NCBI RefSeq assembly: GCF_004010195.1
Contig: NC_057754.1
Span: 9,794,437-9,814,436, forward strand
Direction of reading: 5' to 3'
Length of the DNA: 20,000 bases
DNA from: Chiloscyllium plagiosum
Lineage: Eukaryota
In this document: piece by piece, positions 1-10,860 of the stretch
Numbering within the stretch: the first letter of the stretch is position 1
Layout of the letters: each line of letters starts with the position of its first letter
The notes under the pieces: generated by a model
What the model was told of the DNA's origin: nothing
Database searches by the model: none
The model's input: the letters and a program-made list of their open reading frames with translations, nothing else
Position numbers and translations under genes: made by a program

Positions 1-79
1 TGTGAATGGTCTCCCCCAGTCCCAATGCAGCCTCAGGACAGCGCCTTTCTCAGCGCCGCTTCTGCCGAGATCGAGTCAC

Positions 80-215
80 AACAAAGGAACCCCCACAATG
101 CCCCGCGCCTGGCCTGGGGGAGCATGCGCATTCCAGGCTTCTTGGGGAAACGAAGGCAGAGGATAGAACCATTTCTGCCGCGTGAGGGATTGTGGGAAAT
201 TAAGTCGCCATTAGT
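80..215. promoter_or_regulatory. CpG-rich promoter-like segment with two ZNF143/Staf sites and an NRF1 core
   Basis: CCCACAATGCCCCGCG at 92-107 (+) and TTTCCCACAATCCCTCACG at 181-199 (-) fit the Staf consensus YYWCCCRNMATSCMYYRCR (the second fully). GCATGCGCA lies at 122-130. CpG density is visibly higher than in most of the window. Confidence 0.65.
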
Positions 216-901
216 TTAAAAATACCCCTTTTTATAAGATTGCCCCAACATCCAGCCTTTCTGCAAGTAACACATTAAAGAGCAGAGACAACGCAAATTT
301 ATGCGTCCACTAACCAGACATATTGGCGTTTTTCCTTGTACTCAGACTCACAGATACTGACCACAGAGAGGACAAAAAAAAGATACAAAATAAACAAACA
401 CATGACTGGCGTTATCAATGTGGAAATCGGCCACTTCTCTGCTGCAGCAAAAATTGCCGGTCGTATGGAAATACGATGAAGGAATAGAAAAAGAAACTGA
501 TTGCAGAAGTATAACAAAGGTGTCACATTATCACGTTGTGAGGTGAATCGCTCTGATTGCTATCCAAGTAGCATTAGCTTTAATGGTTTACTTGAGATTC
601 GCCTTTGCAAATTATTTTCTGGCAATTTACTTTTTCTGATAAAAGATTTAAGCTACATTAAGATGGCCATCAAAAGAAAATTTATGATTCACTGAATTCA
701 GTTTGTAACAGGAATTACCTGTCTCCCCTGGTCATTTCACTTATTGAAAAGTATTAATACAACAAATAGTAAAAGAGAGTCTAGTTAAATTACCTTGCCA
801 AAGTCTTGAATCTTATTTAAAATTGACAACATTTTTTTCTTTGAGATTTGTTATGATGTATTTATTCTGCAGATTATCTGCCAGAAAAGTGACAGACACT
901 G

Positions 902-3220
902 AGAGTCATAGAGATGTGCAGCACGGAAACACACCCTTTAGTCCAACTCATCCATGCCGACCAGGTATCCTAACCTAATCTAGTCCCATTTGCCAGCACT
1001 TGGCCCATATCCCTCTAAACCTTTCCAATTCATATACCCATCCAGATGCCTTATAAGCTCACATTTATCTAAATCAAACTCCATCTGCCACTCCTCAGCC
1101 GATTGGCCCACCTGATCAAGATCCTGTTGTACTCTGAGGTCACTTCCTTTGCTGTCCACTATACTTCTAATTTTGGTGTCATCTGCAAACTCTCTTAGGT
1201 TCACATCCAAACCATTTATATAAATGATGAAAAGCAGTTGACCCCGCACCAAATCTCACGGTCAATCACTGGTCACAGGTCTCCAGTCTGAAAAGCTACC
1301 CTCCACCACGACCCTCTGTCTTCTACCTTTGAGCCAGTTCAGTATCCAAATGACTAGTCCCTCCAGTATCCCTTGTGATCTAACCTTGCTAACCAGTTTG
1401 CCATGAGGAATCTTGTCGAATGCCTTATTGAAGTCCATGGAGATCACATCCACCAATCTGCTGTCATCAATCTCTTTGACATTTCAGAACACTCAATCAG
1501 GTTAGTGACATGATTTCCCACACACAAAGCCATGTTGACTATCCCTACATATGTAAATCCTGTCCCTCAGGATTCCCTCCAACAATTTGTCCACCACTGA
1601 TGTCAGCTCACTGGTCTAAAGTTCCCTGGCTTTTCTTTACCACCTTTCTTAAATAGTGACACTATGTTAGCCTGCCTCCAGTCTTCCAGCACCTGTGACT
1701 ATTGATAATCCAAATACCTCAGCAAGGGGCCCACAAATCACTTCCCTAGATTCCCACAGAGTTCTAGGGTACACCTGATCAGGTTCTGGGGAATTTTCCA
1801 CCCTTTATGCATTTTAAGACATCAGCATCTCATCCCTTATAATATCGACATTTTTCAAGATGCCACTATCTACTTCCCCACATTCTGTATCTTCCATGTT
1901 CTTTTCCGCTATAAACACTGACACGAAATACTCATTTAGCATCTCCCCCATTTTCTGCGGTTCCACACATAGGCTGCCCTGCTGATCTTTGAAGATGTTC
2001 TATTCTCTCCCTAGTTACCCTTTTGTCCTTATAAAATCCCTTTGGATTCACCTAACCCTACTTGCCAAAGCTATCTCATGAACCATTTTGTCCTCCTGAT
2101 TTCCCTCTCAGTATACTCTTACTGCCATTGTACCTGTCTAGACATTCACTCGATCTCTGCCAGCTATATCTCACACATGCTTCCTTCTTTTTCTTGACCA
2201 AAACCTTAATTTGTCTAGTTATGCAACATTCCCTACACCTACCAGTTTTTCTTCCCTCCCTAACAGGAACAGACTGTCTCTGGACTCTTCTTATCTCCTT
2301 TCTGTTGGCTTCTCATTTTCCAGCCATCCCTTTACCAGCAAACATCTGCCCCCAGTTAGCTTTTGGAAGTTCTTGCCTAATACCATCAAAATTGGCCTTC
2401 CTCCAAACTAGATCTTCAGCTTTTAGATCATGTCTATCCTGTACCATCACTATTTAAACATTTTTAGAATTATGGTCGCTGGCCCCTAAGTGCTCCCTCA
2501 CTGACACTTCAGTCACTTGCCCTGCCTTATTTCCAAGAGTAGGTCGAGTTTTGCACCTTCTCTAGTAGGTACATCCACATACTGAATCAGAAAATTGTCT
2601 TGTACACACTTAAATTCCTCTCCATCTAAACCTGAACACTACCCTGCCATTACGACCCAATTATTCCTACAGAGAATTCCTTACAAATTTGTTTCTCAGT
2701 TTGCTGCTGACTATCCATGCATAGGCTGTGTAGATAGCCTATCCACACATAGCCTGCTAACTATAGATTGTATCTATAGTACAATCTCAATAAGGTGATC
2801 AACCCTTTCTTCTTTCTCAGTTCCACCTAACTAACTTCCCTGTATGTATTCCCAGGAATATCCTCTCTAAGTACAGCTGTAATGCTGTCCCTTATCAAAA
2901 ATGCCGCTCCCCCTTCTCTCTTGCCCCCCTCCCCCTTTCTATCTTTCCTATATTATTTGTATGCTGAAACATTAAGCTAACAGTCATTTCCATCTGTGAG
3001 CCACGTCTCTGTAATTGTTATGATATCTCAGTCCTATGTTCCAAACCATGACCTGAGTACATCTGCCTTCTGTGTTAGGCTTCTTGCATTGAAATAAATG
3101 GAGTTCAATTTATCAGTCCTACCTTATTCTCTGCTTTGTCCCTGCCTGCCCTGACTGTTTGACTTGCTCCTTTCCCAGCTGTACCAGTCTCAGACTGATT
3201 GCTTTCCTCACTATCTCCCT
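902..3220 (-). mobile_element. Decayed CR1-clade LINE: ORF2 (APE endonuclease plus RT) and 3' UTR, with internal deletions
   Basis: Minus-strand peptides: YFNARSL..ITITETWL (~3000-3110), PTREGAKLDLL..SDHNS (~2470-2575), DFNKAFDKIPHGKL..WLKGRRQRVVVEG (1262-1456), LLFIIYIN..FADDTK (980-1252). Many stops and frameshifts. The 3' UTR ends in CTATGACTCTC. Confidence 0.93.
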
Positions 3221-3342
3221 GGTAGCATGGAAATTCTCCCTAATCCTCCACATTCAACAGGAAGAGTATATCACTCTACTAAGGGTCATCTTTGCACCTT
3301 AACATTATGGCAGTTCAATATTGCATTTTTTGGGGGAAAAAT

Positions 3343-3425
3343 GTCATCCATGGGATATGGACATATTTGGGTCAGTGTTTGTTGCCCATCCCTAGATGAC
3401 CCTGAGAAGACGGTGGTAACCTACT
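3343..3425 (-). mobile_element. Short degenerate LINE 3' tail fragment (same tail type as the SINEs in this window)
   Basis: catgggatatgg..gttgcccatccctagatgaccctgagaag resembles 15830-15890 and the reverse complement of 3694-3715. Confidence 0.5.
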
Positions 3426-3464
3426 TTGTTGTAGTATATTCTGCAAGGATAGATACAAAAAGCA

Positions 3465-3742
3465 AAGGCAATAATCTGGTGCTATTATCCCCAGACTGTT
3501 CAGAGAACTATGTAATATTCTGGTGGACCTGAATTTGAATCCTGTCATGATGCGGGTGAAATAAAAATATGGAGTTAAAACGTAATCATTGTCAGGGAAA
3601 AGCCCACCTGGGTTACAAAGGAGGCTGTTATCCTTACTTGATCTGGCATGTGACTTCAGAACCATTGCAATGTGGCTATCTTTGAACTGCCCTCTGGGAT
3701 GGGCAATAGTTGCTGGCCTATACATTACCCACAAATTAATAA
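3465..3742 (+). mobile_element. Old tRNA-headed SINE, same family as the copy at 15815-16339
   Basis: Collinear with the reverse complement of 15825-16335: B-box-like gaatttgaatcc, atgtgacttcagaaccattgcaatgtgg, aactgccctctgggatgggcaata, and an A-rich end. Confidence 0.7.
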
Positions 3743-3861
3743 TAAAAATGTCATGGGATTCAAATAACAGACCTCCAACAAACACACCCAAATTCCATGA
3801 CTCCAACCAAAAGGTTTCTTACAGTGTCTATTGACCCTGTTTTACTAGTGCTCCTGGTAAC

Positions 3862-4493
3862 TGTTAGAAACAAAATTCAATAAAATTTAGACGAGACCAC
3901 CAAAACTGAAAACAAGACAATTTATTACGAACTTGCAAGTAAGGGCTTCAATTGCATAAGCAAATGAAAGCAAATTAGAACTTAGGTTATTGTACAGTTA
4001 TACCCTTTGAGCTGAGTGAGGTCATCTCTCCAGACTCCTGATGGCCCAATCTCTCTTACTATTTCGCCTCTACCCATCCATGCTCCACGCCCATTGCCCC
4101 TTTCTTTCCAAGTTGGCAATTTCCCCCTTGCACGTGCTGTCATAAGGCTAAACTCTTATCTCGATGTTCCCCTTTGTAACTTCTTTCATTATCCATAGGT
4201 ACATTCCATTCTTGTACATATATCTTAACAATGTATCTTTTTCAAGCTTCTCTTATATGTTTCAGTTATCTTAGCTTTTTGCTGAAACTGTTGTTTTAAA
4301 CATTATGGTAAAAGGAATTATTTCCTTTAATAAATCTACATTAAAGTTAGTACTTAATTATTCATAATTATGCACTGAAAAGTAGAGATACTCTTCCCTA
4401 AATACCTGCAGAGTTAATAGTTCTTTTGCTGTACCCCTTTTCTGTATGCTTTTTCTATATCTGCAAAAACAACACTTTTCCCCATTTCTAACA
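3862..4493 (-). mobile_element. Solo LTR (632 bp) of an ERV/Gypsy-type element
   Basis: Termini TGTTAGAAA...TTTCTAACA (9-bp perfect inverted repeat, TG..CA). 4-bp TSD TAAC at 3858-3861 and 4494-4497. Minus-strand TATA-like GTATAA (3998-4003) precedes AATAAA (3921-3926). Confidence 0.85.
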
Positions 4494-4749
4494 TAACCAT
4501 TACCATTCAACAGCAACAGAGCTGTAATGGCTTGCTGAGTGGGATTTTCACTTTTATCTGACAGCACATGTAATAGGCTTCTTCATCTTACCGACTGCTT
4601 CATTGCTGATAGTGAGGTAACCTATTTCTTGAGACTTGTCAGCAACTGTCATGAAAATTTAGTTCTCCAGATTGCTTATAATCCAGTCTGGTTTCATGCC
4701 AATTTCTGTTGATACCATTTGGTTGTATAAATATCTGCCGTCAACATCT

Positions 4750-7700
4750 CTTACTGCAGGGAGAGCAAGCACATTGTGACTTCACTCAATTCAGGAGGAC
4801 AGACCGATTATGACCTCACTCACTGCAGGGGGACAATCCCAGTGTGACCTTACTCACTGCACTGGGACCCTCCTACTGTGACCTTACCCTCTTCATTGGG
4901 ACTGTCTCGTTGTGACCTCACTCACTGCAGAGGGACAATCTCATTGTGACATTATTCACTGCAGGGGGACAGTCTCATTGTGACATTACTCACTGCAGAG
5001 GGATATTCTCATTGTGACCTTACTCACTGCAGGAGGCCAATCCCATTGTGACCTCACTCACTGTAAGGGGACAGTCTTATTATGACATCACTCACTGCAG
5101 AGGGACGGTCCCATTTTGACCTCAGTCACTGCAGGGGGACAGTCTCATTGTGACATTACTCACTGCAGGGGGACAGTCTCATTGTGACATTACTCACTGA
5201 AGAGGGACAGTCTCATTGTGACATTACTCACTGCAGAGGGACAGTCTCATTGTGACCTCACTCACTTCAGAGGGACAGTTGCTTTGTGACATTTCTCACT
5301 GCAGAGGGTCAGTCCCATTGTGACCTCACTCACTGTAGAGGGACAGACTCATTGTGACATCACTCATTGCAGAGGGAAGTCTCATTGTGGCATGACTCAC
5401 TGCAGAGGAACAGTCTCATTGTGAAATGACTCACTGCAGAGGGACAGTCTTATTTTGGCGTCACTCACTGCAGGGGTTCAGTCCCATTGTGACCTTACTG
5501 ACTGCAGAGGGACAATCTCATTGTGGCATCACTGACTACACAGAGACAATCCCATTGTGACCTTACTCACTGCAGAGGGACAGTCTCATTGTGGCATCAC
5601 TGACTACACAGAGACAATCCCATTGTGACCTTACTCACTGCAGAGGGACAGTCTCATTGTGACTTCACTCACTGCAGAGGGACAGTCTTATTGTGACATC
5701 ACTCACTGCAGGGGGTAAGTCTCATTGTGATCTCACTCAGAGGGACTGTCTCATTGTGACATGACTCACTGCAGAGGAACAGTCTTATTGTGACCTTACT
5801 CACTGCAGAGGGGAAGTCACATTGTGACCTTATTCACTGCAGAGGGACAGTCTCATTGTGACCTCACTCACCTCAGAGGGACTGTCCCATTGTGACCTTA
5901 TTCACTGTAGAGGGACAGTCCCATTCTGACCTTACTCACTGCAGAGGGACAGTCTCATTGTGACCTTATTCACTTTAGAGCGACAGTCCCATTGTGACCT
6001 TACTGACTGCAGAGGGACAATCTCATTGTGGCATCACTGACTGCAGAGACACAGTATCACTGTGACCTCACTCACTGCAGAGGAACAGTCTCGTTGTGAC
6101 ATCACTCACTGAAGAGGGACAATCTCATTTGACTTCACTCACTGCAGAGGGACAGTCTCATTGTGACATCACTCACTGCAGAGGGAAGTCTCATTGTGAC
6201 ATGACTCACTGCAGAGGGACAGTCTTATTGTGACCTCACTCACTGCAGATGGGCAGTCACATTGTGACCTCACTCACTGCAGAGGGGAAGTCTTATTGTG
6301 ACATCACTCACTGGAGGGGGTCAGTCTCATTGAGACCTTACTCACTACTGAGAGACAGTCTTATGGTGATGTCACTCACTGCAGAGAGACAGTCTCATTG
6401 TGACTTCACTCACTGCAGAGAGACAGTCTCATTGTGACCTCACTCACTACAGAGCGACAGTCTCATTGTGACATGACTCACTGCAGAGAGACAATCTTAT
6501 TGTGACATGGCTCACTGCAGAGGGACAATCTCATTGTGGCATTGCTTAATGCAGAGGGACAGTCTCATTGTGACCTTACCCGCTGCAGGGGAACAGTTCC
6601 ATTGTGACATTACTCACCGTAGGAGGCCAGTCCCATTTTGACATTATTCACTGCAGGGGGACAATCCCATTGTGACCTCAGTCACTGCAGAGGGGCAGTC
6701 CCAATGTGACCTCGATCACTGCAGAGGGATACTCCCATTGTGACCTTACTCACTGCAGGGGGACAATCCCAGTGTGCAGAGGGACAGTCCTATTGTGTCC
6801 TCACTTACTGCAGAGGGACAGTCTCATTGTGACATTTCTCACTGCAGAGGGACAGTCTCATTGTGATCTTACCCGCTGCAGGGGGACCATTCCATTGTGA
6901 CATTACTCACCGCAGGAGGACAGTCTCATTATGACCTCACTCAATGCAGAGGGACAGTCTCTTTGTGACATGACTGACTGTAGATAGACAGTCCTATTGT
7001 GACCTCATTCACTGCAGAGGGACAGCACCATTGTGACCTTACTGCAGGGTTCAGTCCCAAAGTGACATTACTCACTGCAAGGGGATAGTCCCATTGTGAA
7101 CTCACTCACTGCAGAGGGACAGTCTCATTGTGACATGAGTCACTGCAGATAGGCAGTCCCATTGTGACCTCACTCACTGCAGAGGGACAGTACCATTGTG
7201 ACCTCACTCACTGTAGATGGACCATATAATTGTGACGTTACTCACTGCAGGGGGTCAGTCCCATTGTGACATTAGTCACTGCAGGGGGACAGTCTCATTG
7301 TGACCTCATTCACTGCAGAGGGACTGTCTCATTGTGACCTCACTCACTGCAGAGGGAACGTCTCATTATGACCTTACTCATTGCAGGGGGACTGTACCAT
7401 TGTGACATTACTCACCACAGGAGTACAGTCCTATTGTGACATGACTCACTTCAGGGGTACGATCCCATTGTACCTTATTCTCTGGAGAGGGACAGCCCCA
7501 TTGTGACCTTACTGACTGCAGAGGGACAGTCTCATTGTGACCTTACTCACTGCAGGGAGACAGTTCCATTGTGACCTTACCCACTGTAGTGGGACAGTCC
7601 CCTTGTGATCTTACTAACTACTGAGGTACAGTCAGTCCCACTTTGACCTTACTCATTATAGTGGGACAGTCCCATTGTGACCTTACTCACTGCAGGGGGA

Positions 7701-9262
7701 CAGTTTTATTGTGACTTTACTCACTGCAGGGGGACAGTCCCATTATGACCTTGCTCACTGCAGGGGGGACAGTCGCATTGTGACCTTACTCACTGCAGGG
7801 AGACATCCCATTGTGACCTTACCCACTGTAGTGGGACAGTCCCCTTGTGATCTTACTCACTACTGAGGTACAGTCAGTCCCACTTTGACCTTACTCATTA
7901 CAGTGGGACAGTCCCATTGTGACCTTACTCACTGCAGTGGGACAGTCCCATTGTGACCTTACCCACTATCATGGGACATTCCCATTGTGACTTATTCATT
8001 GCCAAGGGACAGTCCCATTGTGACCTTACTCACTGCAGGGGGACAGTTTCATTGTGACTTTACTCACTGCAGGGGGACAGTCCCATTGTGACCTTGCTCA
8101 CTGCAGGGGGACAGTTTCATTGTGACCTTACTCACTGCAGGGGGGAACGGTTTCATTATGACCTTACTCGCTGCAGTGGGACAGTCCCATTGTGACCTTA
8201 CCCACTATCATGGAACAGTCCCATTGTGATTTATTCACTGCCAAGGGACAGTCTCATTGTGACCTCACTCACTGCAGAGGGAACGTCTCATTATGACCTT
8301 ACTCATTGCAGGGGGACTGTACCATTGTGACATTACTCACCACAGGAGTACAGTCCCATTGTGGCATGACTCACTTCAGGGGTACGATCCCATTGGACCT
8401 TATTCTCTGGAGAGGGACAGCCCCATTGTGACCTTACTGACTGCAGAGAGACAGTCCCATTGTGACCTTACCCACTGTAGTGGGACAGTCCCCTTGTGAT
8501 CTTACTCACTACTGAGGTACAGTCAGTCCCACTTTGACCTTACTCATTACAGTGGGACAGTCCCATTGTGACCTTACTCACTGCAGGGGGACAGTTTCAT
8601 TGAGACTTTACTCACTGCAGGGGGACAGTCCCATTATGACCTTGCTCACTGCAGGGGGGACAGACGCATTGTGACCTTACTCACTGCAGGGAGACATCCT
8701 ATTGTGACCTTACCCACTGTAGTGGGACAGTCCCCTTGTGATCTTACTCACTACTGAGGTACAGTCAGTCCCACTTTGACCTTACTCATTACAGTGGGAC
8801 AGTCCCATTGTGACCTTACTCACTGCAGTGGGACAGTCCCATTGTGACCTTACCCACTATCATGGGACATTCCCATTGTGACTTATTCATTGCCAAGGGA
8901 CAGTCCCATTGTGACCTTACTCACTGCAGTGAGACTGTCCCATTGTGACCTTACTCACTGCAGGGGGACAGTTCCATTGTGACCTTACTCACTGCAGGGG
9001 GACAGTTTCATTGTGACCTTACTCACTGCAGGGGGGAACGGTTTCATTATGACCTTACTCGCTGCAGTGGGACAGTCCCATTGTGACCTTACTCACTGCA
9101 GGGGGACAGTCCCATTGTGATTTATTCACTGCCAAGGGACAGTCCCATTGTGACCTTACTCACTGTAGTGAGACTGTCCCATTGTGACCTTACTCATGCT
9201 GAGGGACAGTCCCATTGTGACCTTACCCATTGTACTGGGACAGTCTCATTGCAATCTCACTC
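4750..9262. repeat. 34-bp minisatellite, about 130 units; consensus ACTCACTGCAGRGGGACAGTCYCATTGTGACCTT
   Basis: Period read directly (e.g. cactg at 5161 and 5195). Head-to-tail units with no spacers; PstI site in most units; degenerate left edge. Confidence 0.98.
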
Positions 9263-10603
9263 AGAGGATAACAAAGAGAGAAATAAGGAAGGAGAGGATC
9301 AAACATGAAGGTAAGCTAGCCAGTATATTAGAAATGATAGTAATAGTTCATTTCAATACATAAGAAACAAACGAGAGGCAAAAGTAGGAATTGGGCCAGT
9401 TCAAGTTGCTGCAGAAAGGCTAGTGATGAGAGATAAGGAAATAGCTGAAGAACTTAATCAATACTTTGTGTCAGTCTTCACAATGGAAGACATGGGTAAT
9501 ATCCCAACAATTAAGGAGAGGCAAGGAGCAGAGTTGAGTATGGTAGCCATTACAAAAGAGGAAGTGCTAGAAAAGCTAAAAGGTCTAAAACTTGATAAAT
9601 CACCTGGCCCCGATGGGCTACATCCTAGAGTTCTGAGGGAGGTGGCTGAAGAAATAACAGAGGTGCTGGTTGTAATCTTTCAAAAATCACTGGAGTCAGG
9701 AAAGACTCAGATGATTGGAAAATCACTGTTGTAACACCCTTGTTCAAGAAAGGATCAATACAAAATATGGAAAATTATAGGCCGATTAGCCTAACCTCGG
9801 TTGTTGGCAAAATTCTAGAATCCATCGTTAAGGATGAGATTTCTAAATCCTTGGAAGTGCAGGGTCAGATTAGAACAAGTCAGCATGGATTTAGTAAGGG
9901 AAGGTTGTGCCTGACAAACCTTTTAGAATTCTTTGGAGAGGTAGCAACTAGGTTAGATCAATGAAACCTGGTCGATGCTATTTATCTAGACTTCCAAAAG
10001 GTCTCTGATAAGGTGCTTCACGGGAGGCTGCTGAGTAAGATGAGGGCCCATGGTGTTCGAGATGAGCTACTGGCATGGATTGAGGATTGGCTGTCTGACA
10101 GAAGGCAGACAGTTGGGATAAAAACTTATTTTTCAGAATGGTAGCTAGTGACAAGTGGCATCCTGCAGGGTTCAGTGTTTTGGGCTGCAGATGTTCACTT
10201 TATATATTAATAATCTTGATGAAGGGATTGGGGAATTCTGGTGAAGTTCATTGATGATACAAAGTTAGGTGGACAGGCAGGTAGTTCTGAGGAGGTGGGA
10301 AGGCTGCAGAAAGATTTAGACAGTTCAGGAGAGTGGTCAATTTAGAATGGAAATGAGGAGACATTTCTTCAGCCAGAGAGTGGTGGGCCTGTGGAATTCA
10401 TTGCCACGGAGTGCAGTGGAGGCTGGGACTTTGGGTATCTTCAAGGCAGAGATTGATAAATTCTTAATCTCACAAGGAATTAAGGGATACAGGGAGAGTG
10501 TGGGTAAGTGGAGTTGAAATGCCCATCAGCCATGATTGAATGGCGGAGTTCACTCGATGGGCCAAATGGCCTTACTTCCACTCCTATGTCTTATGGTCTT
10601 ATG
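9263..10603 (+). mobile_element. 5'-truncated CR1 LINE (RT region plus 3' UTR) inserted into the minisatellite
   Basis: AEELNQYFVSVFT..DKSPGPDGLHPRVLRE; NYRPISLTSVVGKILESIVKD..SQHGFSKGRLCLTNLLEFF. Internal deletion near 10340. Tail cctatgtcttatggtcttatg. Confidence 0.95.
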
Positions 10604-10845
10604 CTCTTATTGCAATGGGCCAGTCACATTGTGACCTTACTCAGTACACTGGGCCAGTCCTACTGTGACCTTAGTCATTGCAGTGGGCCAGTCTCATTAT
10701 GACCTTACTCACTTTAGGACAACGGTACCATTGAGACCTCACTCACTGTAGAAGGACTGTACCATTGAGACCTCACTCATTGCAACTAGATGTGGACCTT
10801 GTGACCTCATTCAGGGTGCTATCCCCATTGGCTATCTCAGTCATA
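10604..10845. repeat. Degenerate continuation of the 34-bp minisatellite (about 6-7 units)
   Basis: cagtcacattgtgaccttactca, cagtctcattatgaccttactcac and cattgagacctcactcac units resume right after the CR1 tail. Confidence 0.9.
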
Positions 10846-10860
10846 CTTGATACATTTTAA

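Noticed and set aside
25..219. 64-aa ORF at the window start
   Set aside because: Overlaps promoter-type motifs, has no recognisable homology, and is probably a by-product of GC richness.
3343..3742. Apparent MITE with terminal inverted repeats (gttgcccatccc / gggatgggcaat)
   Set aside because: Better explained by two retroposon copies sharing a tail in opposite orientation; no TSD found.
4750..9262. CRISPR-like array (34-bp partly palindromic repeat)
   Set aside because: Units are head-to-tail with no unique spacers, there are no cas genes, and the context is vertebrate retroelements.
4750..9262. RAG heptamer-like CACAATG in each unit (minus strand)
   Set aside because: No ACAAAAACC-like nonamer at 12 or 23 bp, and no V/D/J segments nearby.
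4750..9262. Splice-like CCCTCTGCAG/GTGAGT in each unit on the minus strand
   Set aside because: The acceptor and donor share one G (CAGTGAGT, not AG|GT), so it is not a recursive site, and nothing shows the region is intronic.
6249..9308. Cys/His-rich ORFs (HCDLTHCRGT) suggesting a zinc-binding repeat protein
   Set aside because: The 34-bp period is not a multiple of 3, and the consensus has a TGA that is hit every third unit. The ORFs are chance read-throughs.
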